A DNA stretch of 64,000 nt from an uncultured virus (IMG/VR IMGVR_UViG_3300044956_000873) (taxonomy: Duplodnaviria; Heunggongvirae; Uroviricota; Caudoviricetes). A program made the translations under genes and the position numbers. The stretch lies in IMG/VR virus record IMGVR_UViG_3300044956_000873; one strand, written 5' to 3'. This document shows positions 8,665 to 19,643 of this stretch, piece by piece (positions within the stretch are counted from its first letter, which is position 1; every line of letters starts with the position of its first letter). The notes under the pieces are model-generated. The model saw only the letters and a list, made by a program, of their open reading frames with translations, ran no database searches and had not been told where the DNA came from.

Positions 8665-9177
8665 GTGAAATTCATTAAACTATTTGAGAACTTCGGAGCT
8701 GAGTATCCTTTTTCTATAACTGTAGAGCCGACTGAAGAATTTAAAAGATCCCTTTTGGATATAAAAAATTCTGAGGGGAAGCCTACGTATCTTTTAGGTA
8801 ACGAATTCCGTTTGGTTAGAAATATGCAGGACGAATATAATCTTGTTAGGATTGCTACAACTCCATTTGAACTAACTAGGAATGAGCTTGATGGTAAAAT
8901 GCTTATTGGTAAAGAGGATGATTATTGGTTGTCTTATGATCCTAAAAATTCTGAGATTTATGTACACACATCAAGAATATTCGGATCTGAATTTAATTTT
9001 GATAGAGACAGAGAATTAATTAGTACCGATAGAAGATATGCAGTGAGTGAGGATTTCAGAAGAGTTGGGCTATTATGGATTGGTGGATATTACTGTAAAT
9101 TTGAAAACGGCTTTGAAGTGGGAATGGTAGACCATCGTGGTTATTTTAGAATAACCAAGTTGGAGCCTTTTAGTTAA
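8665..9177 (+). CDS. Hypothetical protein with leader MKFIKLFENF
   Basis: ORF (GTG start); GATATATA immediately upstream. Confidence 0.8.
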   Translation: MKFIKLFENFGAEYPFSITVEPTEEFKRSLLDIKNSEGKPTYLLGNEFRLVRNMQDEYNLVRIATTPFELTRNELDGKMLIGKEDDYWLSYDPKNSEIYVHTSRIFGSEFNFDRDRELISTDRRYAVSEDFRRVGLLWIGGYYCKFENGFEVGMVDHRGYFRITKLEPFS

Positions 9178-9185
9178 TATCTATT

Positions 9186-9659
9186 ATGATATTTGTTAAT
9201 GTATACGAGTTCTCCTCAACACCTTATGGGGATTATATAGGGTATAATTTTTACTCTGGCGATTCTGAGGATTCTGTTAAGAGAATGATAATAGATTGCG
9301 TCACTGATTCATGGGATAATGCAGGTGATGAGGTTGTAGATGCTTTGGAAGCATTGGATACATCTTTGAGTTTTAAAGAGATTGCTTGGAGGATAAATGA
9401 TATACTTAGTGATCCTGATGTATTGTATGAGTACGATTTAATAATAGGTTATCCCACTTCTGATATTTCCTATGGATTAGATTTTTATATCCAGTATGAG
9501 GAGGACGATACAGAAGAGTCTAGTTTTTCTTTCTATGGTGGATATGCTATTAAGGTCCAGAATTTGTTTCCTTATATTTGTGATATTAGGAGGACATATA
9601 ATGTGAGTATCAGTAATAAGGTTTTTGATAAGATCGCTAGGGAGTTGCTTAACTTATAG
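9186..9659 (+). CDS. Acidic hypothetical protein
   Basis: ORF track, 157 aa. Confidence 0.75.
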   Translation: MIFVNVYEFSSTPYGDYIGYNFYSGDSEDSVKRMIIDCVTDSWDNAGDEVVDALEALDTSLSFKEIAWRINDILSDPDVLYEYDLIIGYPTSDISYGLDFYIQYEEDDTEESSFSFYGGYAIKVQNLFPYICDIRRTYNVSISNKVFDKIARELLNL

Positions 9660-9964
9660 TTCAGGTATTGGTGGATAACATATTATAAGAATACAATAAG
9701 AGAGAGTAATAAATTTGTTGAAATTATTCTAACATACAATTATCCGTATGAGGTCGAGGAAGACGAGTATGGATGTGCCTGCTGAGGTGACATCTAAAGT
9801 TCATCATGAATTTCAAATTGATGGCACTCCTGCTATTAAAGGAGATAGGACACTTTCCACTACTGGTGTGTCTGCAAAAGGAACTGGAATTCTTAAAGAT
9901 AGATGTGGTGATGGTTACTATTTAGAGATCACTACATTAACTATTGATATATAAAGATAAAATT

Positions 9965-10495
9965 ATGAGTACAGAAATGAGAAAATTTATAGATAGTTTT
10001 AATAAATTTATTATTAAAGAAAAATCCAATAATGTTAAAAATATCATTTCAAAATATATTCAAGATACAGAATATGATATTAAAAATAGTTTGGGCAATT
10101 GTTCTTTTTTCACAAGGGATATTATTAATTGGGGTAAAAAAAACGGGATAAAGGTAAATTATATTTATATGCCAATGTCCGAAGATTATAGGGAAAAAAA
10201 TAAAATAGGAAATGATTTTGGTGGAAATGATTCTGATTGGGAAGACCATATAGTTCCTATGATTAATGGAAAGATAATTGATTTTACATATACTAATGAA
10301 GGTGTTTCAAATAAAGTTAGAAAAGTAAATACTATACCACCAATGATAGTTGATTATAATATTTCTTTGTTTAGACCAAATGGTATTTATGGTAAATATG
10401 GTTATACTAATCCAGAAAAAAACACACAATACGGTAATTCAAAAGATATAAATCAATTTCAAGTATCAGAACCAAATAAAAAAGTGGGTGGGTAA
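9965..10495 (+). CDS. Hypothetical protein, possible papain/transglutaminase-like Cys-His-Asp fold
   Basis: GNC...DHIV...IIDFT spacing; start after GATATATA. Confidence 0.4.
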   Translation: MSTEMRKFIDSFNKFIIKEKSNNVKNIISKYIQDTEYDIKNSLGNCSFFTRDIINWGKKNGIKVNYIYMPMSEDYREKNKIGNDFGGNDSDWEDHIVPMINGKIIDFTYTNEGVSNKVRKVNTIPPMIVDYNISLFRPNGIYGKYGYTNPEKNTQYGNSKDINQFQVSEPNKKVGG

Positions 10496-10554
10496 AAAAT
10501 ATTGTATATATCATGAATAAAAACACGGTATAGTATGTAATTTCTCTCTCTCTC

Positions 10555-11007
10555 TTATATGGTGGGATTTTTTGCGATTATGGATTTCAACATTTTTTGG
10601 TAATCTGGGGAAAGTAATGATGATCCATCTATCAGTAATTTCATATAATCATCAGTAGGTTTAAGACCTTCAACTATATAATCTGTCTGAGCTATGTAGG
10701 TTATACATTCGATTTTTTTACCATCGGAGATAACATTAATCTTTTCTCTTCTATAATGTAAGGGAGCACCCTCGAATTTATCTAATTTTTCAAGGTGAGA
10801 TTCTCTTATATCGAATATTATTCCTTCTACTACATCTCCTTCGCTTTCTTCTATGTTTGCAAAGGACCAATCGCCTTTTGAAGATTTTTTATTAAATTTT
10901 AATATGTAATTATTAAGGATTCCATGAGATCTAGAAATAGGAGTTACCCATCTTTTTATCATTCTAGAAACACTCATATTAGAACCGTATGCAAAGTATT
11001 TTACCAT
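10555..11007 (-). CDS. Gamma-glutamylcyclotransferase (GGCT/AIG2-like)
   Basis: YFAYGSNM, LDKFEG, PTDDY motifs. Confidence 0.85.
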   Translation of the reverse strand: MVKYFAYGSNMSVSRMIKRWVTPISRSHGILNNYILKFNKKSSKGDWSFANIEESEGDVVEGIIFDIRESHLEKLDKFEGAPLHYRREKINVISDGKKIECITYIAQTDYIVEGLKPTDDYMKLLIDGSSLLSPDYQKMLKSIIAKNPTI

Positions 11008-11018
11008 TATAGATTAGA

Positions 11019-11582
11019 TCATAATGATTTCAATCTGTCTACTGGAAAGTTATCAATAGAATATTTGGTCACTATAGCATGAGAGTTAGACCCTCTTATG
11101 TTTTGAAAGTAGTTATAAACTTCTGTTATGTCGCTAGTTTTTGTAACAATTATTCCAGCTTCCTGTGCTTTTTTCATTAGGAAATGTCCGTATATTCGAG
11201 ATCTTCTATCGTCGCCTTCAAACTCAGACTTTGCAACAACTATAATCGAAACAAGATTGCCTCCTTTGCTCCTCTCTTTAGCCCATTCTTTTACTGCCCA
11301 TCATACACTTCCTATAACATCTTGCATATTATTTCTCCCTGTAAGATCATCCGTATATGGATCTTCTGAGGTTTCTGCTTTAGATGAGAAATGTATTTCT
11401 AGTGCTACTGTGTTGTTCTTCCGTCTTATAACATAAATAAAAATACGGTATAGGTATCCGCCTATCTCAAATTCATATATTATATTCTCATCATTTGTAG
11501 GAATCTTGTTTATAACTTTGATGTCTGGGATCGTTTCCCACATCTCGTTAAGAAATTGTCCATATTTAAGTAGGGATTTCAT
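11019..11582 (-). pseudogene. Leader-bearing protein interrupted by in-frame TGA (11301-11303); paralog of 16055..16522
   Basis: Frame continues past the TGA to EGDDRRSRIY, matching YGDDRRFNIY in the paralog. Confidence 0.75.
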
Positions 11583-11608
11583 TCATTTATATATCTTTAT
11601 TTTATAGG

Positions 11609-12412
11609 TCATGATTGTTTAGAATACCTATTATTGTAGTTTTGAGTGTACTTATCTAATTCTTTAGGATTAGATTTTAAATATTGTATTTCCTTAGATG
11701 TTAATGGGTAAATCTCCTTTATTAATTCCCCCATTTTTTTAGTAAGAGCAGGAGTGAAATCTTTTTGTGTTCTATACGAGGAAAAATAATCTATGAATCC
11801 TAGTAATTTTGCTGGATGCTCTTTCGGATCATTCGAAATACTCGGGTCTGATATTTTTCTAGTTATTATAAAAGTTCCATATCCTTCTCTTCCACCGTCT
11901 AGAGGGTTTGTGTTTCCCTCTATTCCTGTCCATGTTCCTGCTGATTTATCTACAGACAGAACTATTCCAGTGTGTCCCTTTCCTGGATATGCTCCTTTTT
12001 TATCTCTGCTTAGATAGCAAAAGACCATGCCTGGTAATATTTTATTTGCGTCCATTCCTTCTGTATAGACTAATTTTTTACCTTTGGTTGTTTCCCAGTG
12101 ATATTTAACCGCTGCGGTGCTTGGGATTTTACTAAGCTCCTCTGGTTTAAACTTTGTTTTAGATAGAGCACCCTTAACGAAGCCAACGCACCAGGGATTT
12201 CCTGGGGTTACGTTTACCCCTTTTAATAGGGTTTCAACTTCTGGACCCTTATTGCTTCCCCTTGGTTTTTCCTCTGCTATAGAAGATTTAATTGCAGAAT
12301 AAAAGCTGTCTATTAGATTTTTATTTTCTTGTGAGGTATTTATTGACTCTTGAAGTCTACTTTTTTGTAGAGCCTTATTTTTAAAATTCTCGAAAAATAA
12401 TATATGCTTCAT
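11609..12412 (-). CDS. CHAP-domain peptidoglycan hydrolase with leader MKHILFFENF
   Basis: PWCVGFV, GHTGIV, IEGNT motifs. Confidence 0.8.
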   Translation of the reverse strand: MKHILFFENFKNKALQKSRLQESINTSQENKNLIDSFYSAIKSSIAEEKPRGSNKGPEVETLLKGVNVTPGNPWCVGFVKGALSKTKFKPEELSKIPSTAAVKYHWETTKGKKLVYTEGMDANKILPGMVFCYLSRDKKGAYPGKGHTGIVLSVDKSAGTWTGIEGNTNPLDGGREGYGTFIITRKISDPSISNDPKEHPAKLLGFIDYFSSYRTQKDFTPALTKKMGELIKEIYPLTSKEIQYLKSNPKELDKYTQNYNNRYSKQS

Positions 12413-12415
12413 TAA

Positions 12416-12778
12416 TTATTTATCCTTTATTTTTTGTGTTTTTCTTTTAGATGCTTCACACTTAGATACCGCGTAATCGTGTGCTCTTTTAAGTCTACTT
12501 TTAGTAGCCGGGTCTTTTGCTCTTCTCACAGCAACACGCAGTCTTTGTTCTATGAGATTTAGTATTTGTGATTGTCTTTGGTGTGATTTTGATTTAAAAG
12601 CTTTACTGTTAACCGTTGCTTGGACATCTTCTTTTGTACGAAATTTAACTGGAACAGTGTCACTAGGATTCTCATCTGTGTAGAGTCTTCTTCCTGATCC
12701 TTTAGGCTTTTTTCCTGTGCCTTTTTTTGGATCATTTCCTTCGTTAATAAAATCATTAAAGTTTGACAGATGTCTCAT
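12416..12778 (-). CDS. Basic hypothetical protein with leader MRHLSNFNDFINE
   Basis: ORF; GTGKKPKGSGRRLYTDENP motif. Confidence 0.75.
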   Translation of the reverse strand: MRHLSNFNDFINEGNDPKKGTGKKPKGSGRRLYTDENPSDTVPVKFRTKEDVQATVNSKAFKSKSHQRQSQILNLIEQRLRVAVRRAKDPATKSRLKRAHDYAVSKCEASKRKTQKIKDK

Positions 12779-12830
12779 GTAGTATATATTAAAAAAAGAA
12801 TATATAAATTAAAAAAAGAATATATAAAGG

Positions 12831-13298
12831 ATGATACAACCATACAAACAATTTATAGCTGAAAAGAAAAATCCTTGCTGGCCTGGTTACAAGCAGATAG
12901 GAACAAAAAAGAAAAACGGAAGAATCGTTCCTAATTGCGTAAAGGAAAGTGAACTTTCCGATTACTCGCAAGATTCTTATATAAATGAGGAAAGCGAATC
13001 GCACCAAGAATTTGCAGAGAACAGATTAGCGGGAGCAACAAAAATATCTAAAGCGGCAAAAGAAAAAGGTGGCGATGCTCTACTAACATACCACCATTTT
13101 CACGTGAAACTTCCATATTATCAAAAAGCCGTTGATGGTGAATTAGAGATGGAAGAACTTAAGAGCGAATATGATAAATTACTAACAGATCTTTATGAAG
13201 CCACTAGAAATTCTATGAATATTAGCCAGGTGAGATTTCAGGAGCTAGTTGGAAAGATAGAAGTTGTAGGTGAGCTGTTAATTGAAAACAATAAATAA
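12831..13298 (+). CDS. Hypothetical protein with leader MIQPYKQFIAE and a CWPGY...VPNCV motif
   Basis: Leader closely resembles the T4 IPII/IPIII capsid-targeting sequence MKTYQEFIAE. Confidence 0.75.
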   Translation: MIQPYKQFIAEKKNPCWPGYKQIGTKKKNGRIVPNCVKESELSDYSQDSYINEESESHQEFAENRLAGATKISKAAKEKGGDALLTYHHFHVKLPYYQKAVDGELEMEELKSEYDKLLTDLYEATRNSMNISQVRFQELVGKIEVVGELLIENNK

Positions 13299-13473
13299 AT
13301 GGCATTTTGAAATATAAATATATTAAACTATTTGAATCAATATTGTACGGGGGTAATTATTATTATACTATAGGAGGCAGAAGAAGAATGTTCTGGCACT
13401 TTTATAATCATATCGATCCTACAGTGTAGGTAATTTGTAAATAAAATAGATATATAAATGAAAAATATAAATT

Positions 13474-14193
13474 ATGAAAAAGCATTTAAAATCTTTCGAT
13501 TATTTTTCCTTAAATGAAGGGATATTTGATATTTTTAGAAGTAAAAAGGAAGATAAACCCTCTTTTGGATATTCACCAGATAGGAGTAAAGACTCTTATT
13601 TAAAATCAGCAACGCATTCACAGATAAATCTAACTTATGAAACTAGCTGGGACGCTTCTTTTGTTATCGATATAGAAGGTGATTTAATAACACAAGGAAA
13701 ATATAGCTATGTTATAACTCCTAGAAAAATTAAAGTTTATCCAACATATAAGGGATACGTATACGGGGGTACAGTAAATAATAAACCTATAGATTTTTCA
13801 AATCAGTTTTTTATTAAAAGAGGAACAGAAGAATATGTTAAATCCGAATCAGGAGATGTTGACTCTCTATATGAGGATTTTAATAGAAAAATGCAGACCT
13901 ATATAGGGAAAGATATGATGTTAAGTTTTTATGAATTAGATTTAGAAGCTTGGGAGGAGGAGCATTCAGATCCTCATTTTATAATGGGTAAAAAAACTCC
14001 AACCTGGGTTAGAAATGGCGTTAAACTACCTTTAATAGAAGGAGGAGAGCTTCCTGAAACAAATTTATTAGACGATAGAAATAGATTAAAAGAGGCTATT
14101 TGGGTAAGCATTTCAGAAATAGGATATGCTCTATCAAATTCAGGAACCGGTATATTAAGAGAAATCTCCGTTTATAGTACGGAAATGTGGTAA
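13474..14193 (+). CDS. Hypothetical protein with leader MKKHLKSFDYFSLNE
   Basis: ORF; GATATATA upstream. Confidence 0.8.
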   Translation: MKKHLKSFDYFSLNEGIFDIFRSKKEDKPSFGYSPDRSKDSYLKSATHSQINLTYETSWDASFVIDIEGDLITQGKYSYVITPRKIKVYPTYKGYVYGGTVNNKPIDFSNQFFIKRGTEEYVKSESGDVDSLYEDFNRKMQTYIGKDMMLSFYELDLEAWEEEHSDPHFIMGKKTPTWVRNGVKLPLIEGGELPETNLLDDRNRLKEAIWVSISEIGYALSNSGTGILREISVYSTEMW

Positions 14194-14203
14194 AATAAAA
14201 AAA

Positions 14204-14932
14204 ATGAAGCATATTAGAAAATACGATGAGATAAACGAGCATCTAGGCGGAAGAGATATAAGCAGTATCGATAGGATGAAAATTAAATATCCTAAAGGAA
14301 TAGAGATACCAAAAGAGATTAAAGCCACTGGGTCTGGTAATTTCTCTATTGGCGTTGACTCATTAGATCCTGAGTCTAAAAAATTCATAGAGATCGTAGA
14401 GATTATTAATGATCTATTACAAAACTCAAAAGGGGAAGTTAAAGTAAAGGTTAGTGCAGGAGCTTCAGGAGTAGGACAGGGTAGATATGATAATCAGGGT
14501 CTTGCTGAGAGAAGAAGAGATAATACAATAGAAGCTCTTAAGAAGTATCCTTTTATAGATCCTAAGAGGATTGTTTATATACCAGGAAAAGCGACAGTAG
14601 GAAAATCAACAGTTAAAGGATCTAAAGAAGCTGAAGCAGAACAATATATTATGGCTGAAGTTTCTGGTACTGGAAGTCTAAATGTCCCAGTTACGGGAGT
14701 TCAAGGGGATAATACTAATGTATATAGACCAGAATTATTTAAATTCGACGGTAAGAAAAAAAATAGTGATGATGACGATTTTGATTTCACTAAAACAAAA
14801 ATAAAAAGAATATGCCTACAGTTACCTGAACCATATGTAGGTGGGTTTATAAAAGTTTTAGGAAAATTTAGAAGGGATAATGGATTTGAAAAGATCCCTT
14901 ATGGAATCTATGATATAGCCCCTAAAAAATAA
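14204..14932 (+). CDS. Leader-bearing protein with possible OmpA-like peptidoglycan-binding domain
   Basis: YDNQGLAERR resembles the OmpA_C NxxLSxxRA motif. Confidence 0.45.
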   Translation: MKHIRKYDEINEHLGGRDISSIDRMKIKYPKGIEIPKEIKATGSGNFSIGVDSLDPESKKFIEIVEIINDLLQNSKGEVKVKVSAGASGVGQGRYDNQGLAERRRDNTIEALKKYPFIDPKRIVYIPGKATVGKSTVKGSKEAEAEQYIMAEVSGTGSLNVPVTGVQGDNTNVYRPELFKFDGKKKNSDDDDFDFTKTKIKRICLQLPEPYVGGFIKVLGKFRRDNGFEKIPYGIYDIAPKK

Positions 14933-14978
14933 TTAAGAAATGAACTTTAGAATAGTATCAGTAAATTAAAATAAAAAA

Positions 14979-15266
14979 ATGAAAACATTTAATGACTATA
15001 GATCGGGAAGAATTGATGAATATCAAGCTCCTTTTTACGCATCTGCTGAGAAGATTAAAACAATACTTTCTAGTGAAACCGTTTCTAGTAAGATGGGGAT
15101 GCAAAGTGTAAACTATATAAATCAAAAATCCGGTCTAGTTTATGCTCTTAAAAGCAGTTCTGTCCCTGGATATTATTTTAAAGTCACTTTAAAAGAATCA
15201 ACAGGAAATGAGTATGGTGAAGGTAAAAAATATTCCGTATTATCAGTGGAAAAATTATCCCTATAG
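14979..15266 (+). CDS. Hypothetical protein (MKTFNDY... leader)
   Basis: ORF track. Confidence 0.7.
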   Translation: MKTFNDYRSGRIDEYQAPFYASAEKIKTILSSETVSSKMGMQSVNYINQKSGLVYALKSSSVPGYYFKVTLKESTGNEYGEGKKYSVLSVEKLSL

Positions 15267-15317
15267 TAGATAACTGTTGTTATAGACGATGAAGTATCTT
15301 AAATATATATAAATTAA

Positions 15318-15962
15318 ATGAAATATATTAAAGATATAGACCAATTTATAAATGAGCAGCTATTTTCCGATGCTAATAGATTTTCTAAACTGTTAGGTTT
15401 AGGTGGAAATGATCAAGGATCCACTGGTTCAGATTCTCCCAGCGGACCAGTTTCCACTTCTAGAAATGATGAGACATCGTGTACAAACTACGACTGTTGG
15501 ACCCACTTTGGTAAGGAAGCTTTCTGGAACGGAACAAGTCAAATAGGAGGTAGAACAGTGCCGAAGATAACAATCAAAAAATCACCCACTAACTTTGACA
15601 TAAACTACGATGGACCTGCTTCAGGATTTTTACTCAAGCACGCCAAGGGTGGTAAAGGAGATACTATTCACCAGTTATTAAATGTTCTAACATTAGAGCT
15701 TAATGAATACCTTAAAACAATAAGTGTTAAGCCTGATGTTAAAAATATTAAAATGGAATTAATAGGAAGTAAACTTAGCGTTTATGTCCCGCTTGTTAAA
15801 GTACCAGAGGGTACGCACTATCTTATAGCTAGAAGGGGAGGATTAGGTCACGGTGGAGATTTCACAGGATTAATGAAATATAGAGGAATGGAAGGGTACG
15901 AGGAGGCTAAGCATAAATCAGGAAGACTCACGGAGAAATTTGTAACAGTTATATCTAAATAA
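15318..15962 (+). CDS. Leader + NEQLFSDANRFSKLLGL module + unknown C-terminal domain
   Basis: N-terminal module nearly identical to that of 26947..27678. Confidence 0.8.
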   Translation: MKYIKDIDQFINEQLFSDANRFSKLLGLGGNDQGSTGSDSPSGPVSTSRNDETSCTNYDCWTHFGKEAFWNGTSQIGGRTVPKITIKKSPTNFDINYDGPASGFLLKHAKGGKGDTIHQLLNVLTLELNEYLKTISVKPDVKNIKMELIGSKLSVYVPLVKVPEGTHYLIARRGGLGHGGDFTGLMKYRGMEGYEEAKHKSGRLTEKFVTVISK

Positions 15963-16054
15963 TAGAAAATTTTAAAACATATGACTTTTGGTGATAGACG
16001 CCTTTACGATAGATGTCTTTCTCAGATATCATTTTAAAGAAATATATAGATCAT

Positions 16055-16522
16055 ATGATTCTTCGTCACTTAATATCAATTGATAATATCATATCGGAAT
16101 CAACTTTAAATGAGGTTGGAGAGGCTAATATACATGATTTAAAATGGGAATTAGCATATGATAACGGAAAAGAAGTTATGTACAATTTCTATAATGGTCC
16201 AGAGATCTATGAATTACATATAACAAGAAATTCTCAAAGAAATATAACTTTCTATTTTTCTTGTAATGGAGACCGAGATAATTCCACAAATTCTGGAAAT
16301 CCCCTGAGTGTTATGGGAGCAGTTATTGCTATACTAAAGGATTATCTAAATAATAATCCGGAGGTTGATTCATTTTCTTTTGTGCCCACCTCTGAATATT
16401 ATGGTGACGACAGAAGGTTTAATATTTACATGAGTTACATAAAAAAGAATTTCCCGGGATCTAATATATCAATAGATTATCTTCCTAGTGGATACAAAGG
16501 TGTAGATGTAAAGTTTAAATAG
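16055..16522 (+). CDS. Hypothetical protein (GDDRR..IY family)
   Basis: Paralog of 11019..11582; likely start MILRHL after AATATATA. Confidence 0.7.
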   Translation: MILRHLISIDNIISESTLNEVGEANIHDLKWELAYDNGKEVMYNFYNGPEIYELHITRNSQRNITFYFSCNGDRDNSTNSGNPLSVMGAVIAILKDYLNNNPEVDSFSFVPTSEYYGDDRRFNIYMSYIKKNFPGSNISIDYLPSGYKGVDVKFK

Positions 16523-17279
16523 GATGAAAAAAAAATCTAAATATAGGTGTTTTTGAGGTTTTACCAAAAGGTAAAGAATATTCATCTTATTTGGAATTTC
16601 TTAATGATTATTCTAAATATACACCTAATAGCGAAGGTGTAAGAATAGCTAAATTAAAAGAGGGTAGTTATCTTTTGAGAGAATTTAAAAAATTAAAAGT
16701 ATCTCGATACCTTGATGAATATTATTACACTTTTGTAACCGAAATAGTTGTAAGGTATGATCCTTATGGTACGGGAGATTATAGAGAAGCCATGATAGAT
16801 AATCCAACTGAGATCGTTAAATTCCACGAAGGGGATCCTGCCTTGGGATATGATAGCGACGGAGACGAAAATGAATTCACAGGGGGTTCTAGTAAAAAAT
16901 AGATGACTGGACTGATGAAAGTTCTGTATTTTTTTTAGTTAGATCATTATGAAAAAAGATTATAGGTAATTTAATTTTTATGAAGGAGCTGATAATGTTT
17001 AAAACCGACAAGGAGGATTCAGAGATTTATAATCAACTTTGGTATAATTCCTACACTTATACTACTTCAAAAATTTGAAACTCTAGAACTTTATGAGGAA
17101 TGTGCAAAAATTTTAGGAGCTATAAATGCTATAAATAAAAAAGCATTAATCTACAAACAAACAAAGCTAACAGATGATCCTATAAGTGAGGTGGTGGACG
17201 ATTACAGAAAAATGGGAATTGAAGATATGGATAAAAAAAATTAATTACCAGATCTGAACGTTACGCCTCTATGTTTATA

Positions 17280-17678
17280 TCAAATAACTCCTCTATGATT
17301 TTTAAGTCTAAATAGATCCCTTTTTATAGACAGATACCCATCCCCGTGATATTCAGCACCTATACTTTCCCAAAAATCCATACTCTCCTGTGTGGGCATT
17401 GCTAGAAAGTAGTTCACGCTGGGAAATTTATCAAATAATCTTCTTATTGCTAGTCTACCTATTCCCTTCCCCCGAAATTCATCGTATACATGAATCCCTG
17501 CGATCTCCCCCTCATCATATCTAAGATTTTCCTTGTAAAACCCGACATCTAATATCCCAGCTTTTCTGTTATTAAAATAAATTGCAAAGGACTTGTATTG
17601 TGGTGCTTCTTCCACTAAAACAAGATCGAGATGAGCTAAATCAGAATAGTGTTCTTCGAAAAGTTTAATGTGTATCAT
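17280..17678 (-). CDS. GNAT-family acetyltransferase with leader MIHIKLFEEH
   Basis: IHVYDEFRGKGIG acetyl-CoA binding motif; FWESIG. Confidence 0.8.
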   Translation of the reverse strand: MIHIKLFEEHYSDLAHLDLVLVEEAPQYKSFAIYFNNRKAGILDVGFYKENLRYDEGEIAGIHVYDEFRGKGIGRLAIRRLFDKFPSVNYFLAMPTQESMDFWESIGAEYHGDGYLSIKRDLFRLKNHRGVI

Positions 17679-17738
17679 TGAAGTTTAATGTGTATCATTG
17701 AGATATATATTTTTATCTAATAAATAATCAAACCGAGT

Positions 17739-17942
17739 ATGAGCAGCCACGAGGATTTTTTTTACGATATGTATCATGACATAAGGTCTAAGGGAATCGT
17801 AGATGATTTTTATAAACAACTAGAAAAAATGAAATTCCAGGATCACCACAAATACAAAAGTGTAAAAGAAACATGGGAATACGCTTATAAAAAACTCATA
17901 AACTCTAAATCATCAGAATTCAAGTCTAAAAACCCCATTTAA
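17739..17942 (+). CDS. Small hypothetical protein
   Basis: ORF track, 67 aa. Confidence 0.6.
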   Translation: MSSHEDFFYDMYHDIRSKGIVDDFYKQLEKMKFQDHHKYKSVKETWEYAYKKLINSKSSEFKSKNPI

Positions 17943-18549
17943 CCATTCTGGAACCTCCGATATTTCTTCTAATAAAGAGATAGTAAACGGGGTGTTCTTA
18001 CCCCATTAATACTTCCATGTTTTGAATTTAGAAGGTGTTGTAAAAGCTTTACCAGAGTTTAGAATATCCAAACCTTATGTCACCATCTGAAAGTCCTTTA
18101 AAACTCTTTATACGAGATATCTCTTTGCTACTAAAATACACATGAATACCTCTCATGCTTTTTTCCCAGAATAAAGAATCCAGATCTATTTTGTTTGATT
18201 CCAATCTTCTTTTTAATTCCCCACTGAATTTTTTGTTCCCTCTATATCAAGACAAGATATACCAGAGTCGCTTAGATCTATACCAATAAAATTATAAGTA
18301 GGACCATAAAGGATTAATAGGATCCTCTATATCAACTTCGAGTAATCCCTTTGTGTGTTTGATGTTTCCTATTTTTCCAATATCTTAGCGATCAATTTGA
18401 AGGGATTGATGATCTAGCGATTCCTAAATGGTTTGGCCTAAATGATTACTGTTCAGTTTACAGAAAAAAAGTCGAAAAATAAAGAAATCGTTTTTTTATA
18501 AAAATTCAATATTCTAACTTAGCGGACAATTTAAATTAAAATATAAGGA

Positions 18550-19410
18550 ATGAGACAACTTAAGATCACATCGAGTATTACAATAAGAGAAGATAAATCT
18601 TTAGAAAAATATTTACAAGATATTTCCAAAGAGGAAATGATTACCGCAGATGAGGAAACATATTTAACTAGAAGAATAAAAGAAGGGGATCAAGAGGCTT
18701 TAGATAAAATGGTTAGGGCAAACTTAAGATTTGTTGTATCCGTTGCCAAGCAATATCAGCACCAAGGACTCCCTTTGATTGATCTAATAAACGAGGGGAA
18801 TGTGGGATTAATAAAAGCCGCTAAAAAATTCGACGAGACCAGGGGATTTAAATTTATATCGTACGCTGTTTGGTGGATCAGACAAGCAATAATGGAAGCT
18901 CTTTCGGAAAAAGCCAGAGTTATTAGAATCCCACTAAATCAGGTGGGGGTTTTAAGTAAAATAAACAAAGCATATGCTAGATTGGAGCAGGATCTAGGTA
19001 GAGCCCCATCCTCTCAAGAGATAGCAGATGAGCTAGATCTCCCGGAACAGAAAGTCAAAGACAGTTTAAGTAGCTCGAGAAATCATGTATCCTATGACGC
19101 TCCCGTGGGAGGTGACCAAGAAAATTCTCCGATGATAGAAGTACTAAGCAACGATTTCCCCTCGACAGATTCTCTAATGATAGAGGAATCATTAAGAGTT
19201 GATATTGAAAGAAGCCTCTCCGCCTTAGATCCTAAATGTAGAGAGATAATAAAATTAAACTATGGAATAGGATACACACATCCTAGATCATTAGATGAGA
19301 TTGGAGAAAAATACTCTTTGACTAAGGAAAGAGTAAGGCAGATCAGAGAAAAGGGTCTTAGAAAGCTAAGAGCTGAGTCTAGAAGCAAAATGCTAAAACA
19401 ATATCTCTAG
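18550..19410 (+). CDS. rpoD: RNA polymerase sigma-70 factor, Bacteroidota primary-sigma type
   Basis: MRQLKIT N-terminus, ANLRFVVSVAKQY, DLINEGNVGL, FISYAVWWIRQ, LTKERVRQI. Confidence 0.92.
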   Translation: MRQLKITSSITIREDKSLEKYLQDISKEEMITADEETYLTRRIKEGDQEALDKMVRANLRFVVSVAKQYQHQGLPLIDLINEGNVGLIKAAKKFDETRGFKFISYAVWWIRQAIMEALSEKARVIRIPLNQVGVLSKINKAYARLEQDLGRAPSSQEIADELDLPEQKVKDSLSSSRNHVSYDAPVGGDQENSPMIEVLSNDFPSTDSLMIEESLRVDIERSLSALDPKCREIIKLNYGIGYTHPRSLDEIGEKYSLTKERVRQIREKGLRKLRAESRSKMLKQYL

Positions 19411-19424
19411 GAGATAAATAATAT

Positions 19425-19625
19425 GTGAAAGATTTTTTAAAATATCTAGTGGAGTGAATAAGTGAGAACTTATCCATTCCTTTTTGGATAGTTGGACATA
19501 TACATCTTACTATGAACATTTACGAGGATCTCTATGAGATCCTTTGTTCTTTAGGGATGAATATTATTGTTGGCGTTGGTTTTTACCTATCTTATAAAGA
19601 ATGGAAAAAGAATAAAGATATATAG
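19425..19625 (+). pseudogene. Small membrane protein with in-frame TGA (19455)
   Basis: MKDFLKYLVE*ISENLSIPFWIVGHIHL...; GATAAATA upstream. Confidence 0.55.
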
Positions 19626-19643
19626 AAAGAAAAAAAAATAAAT

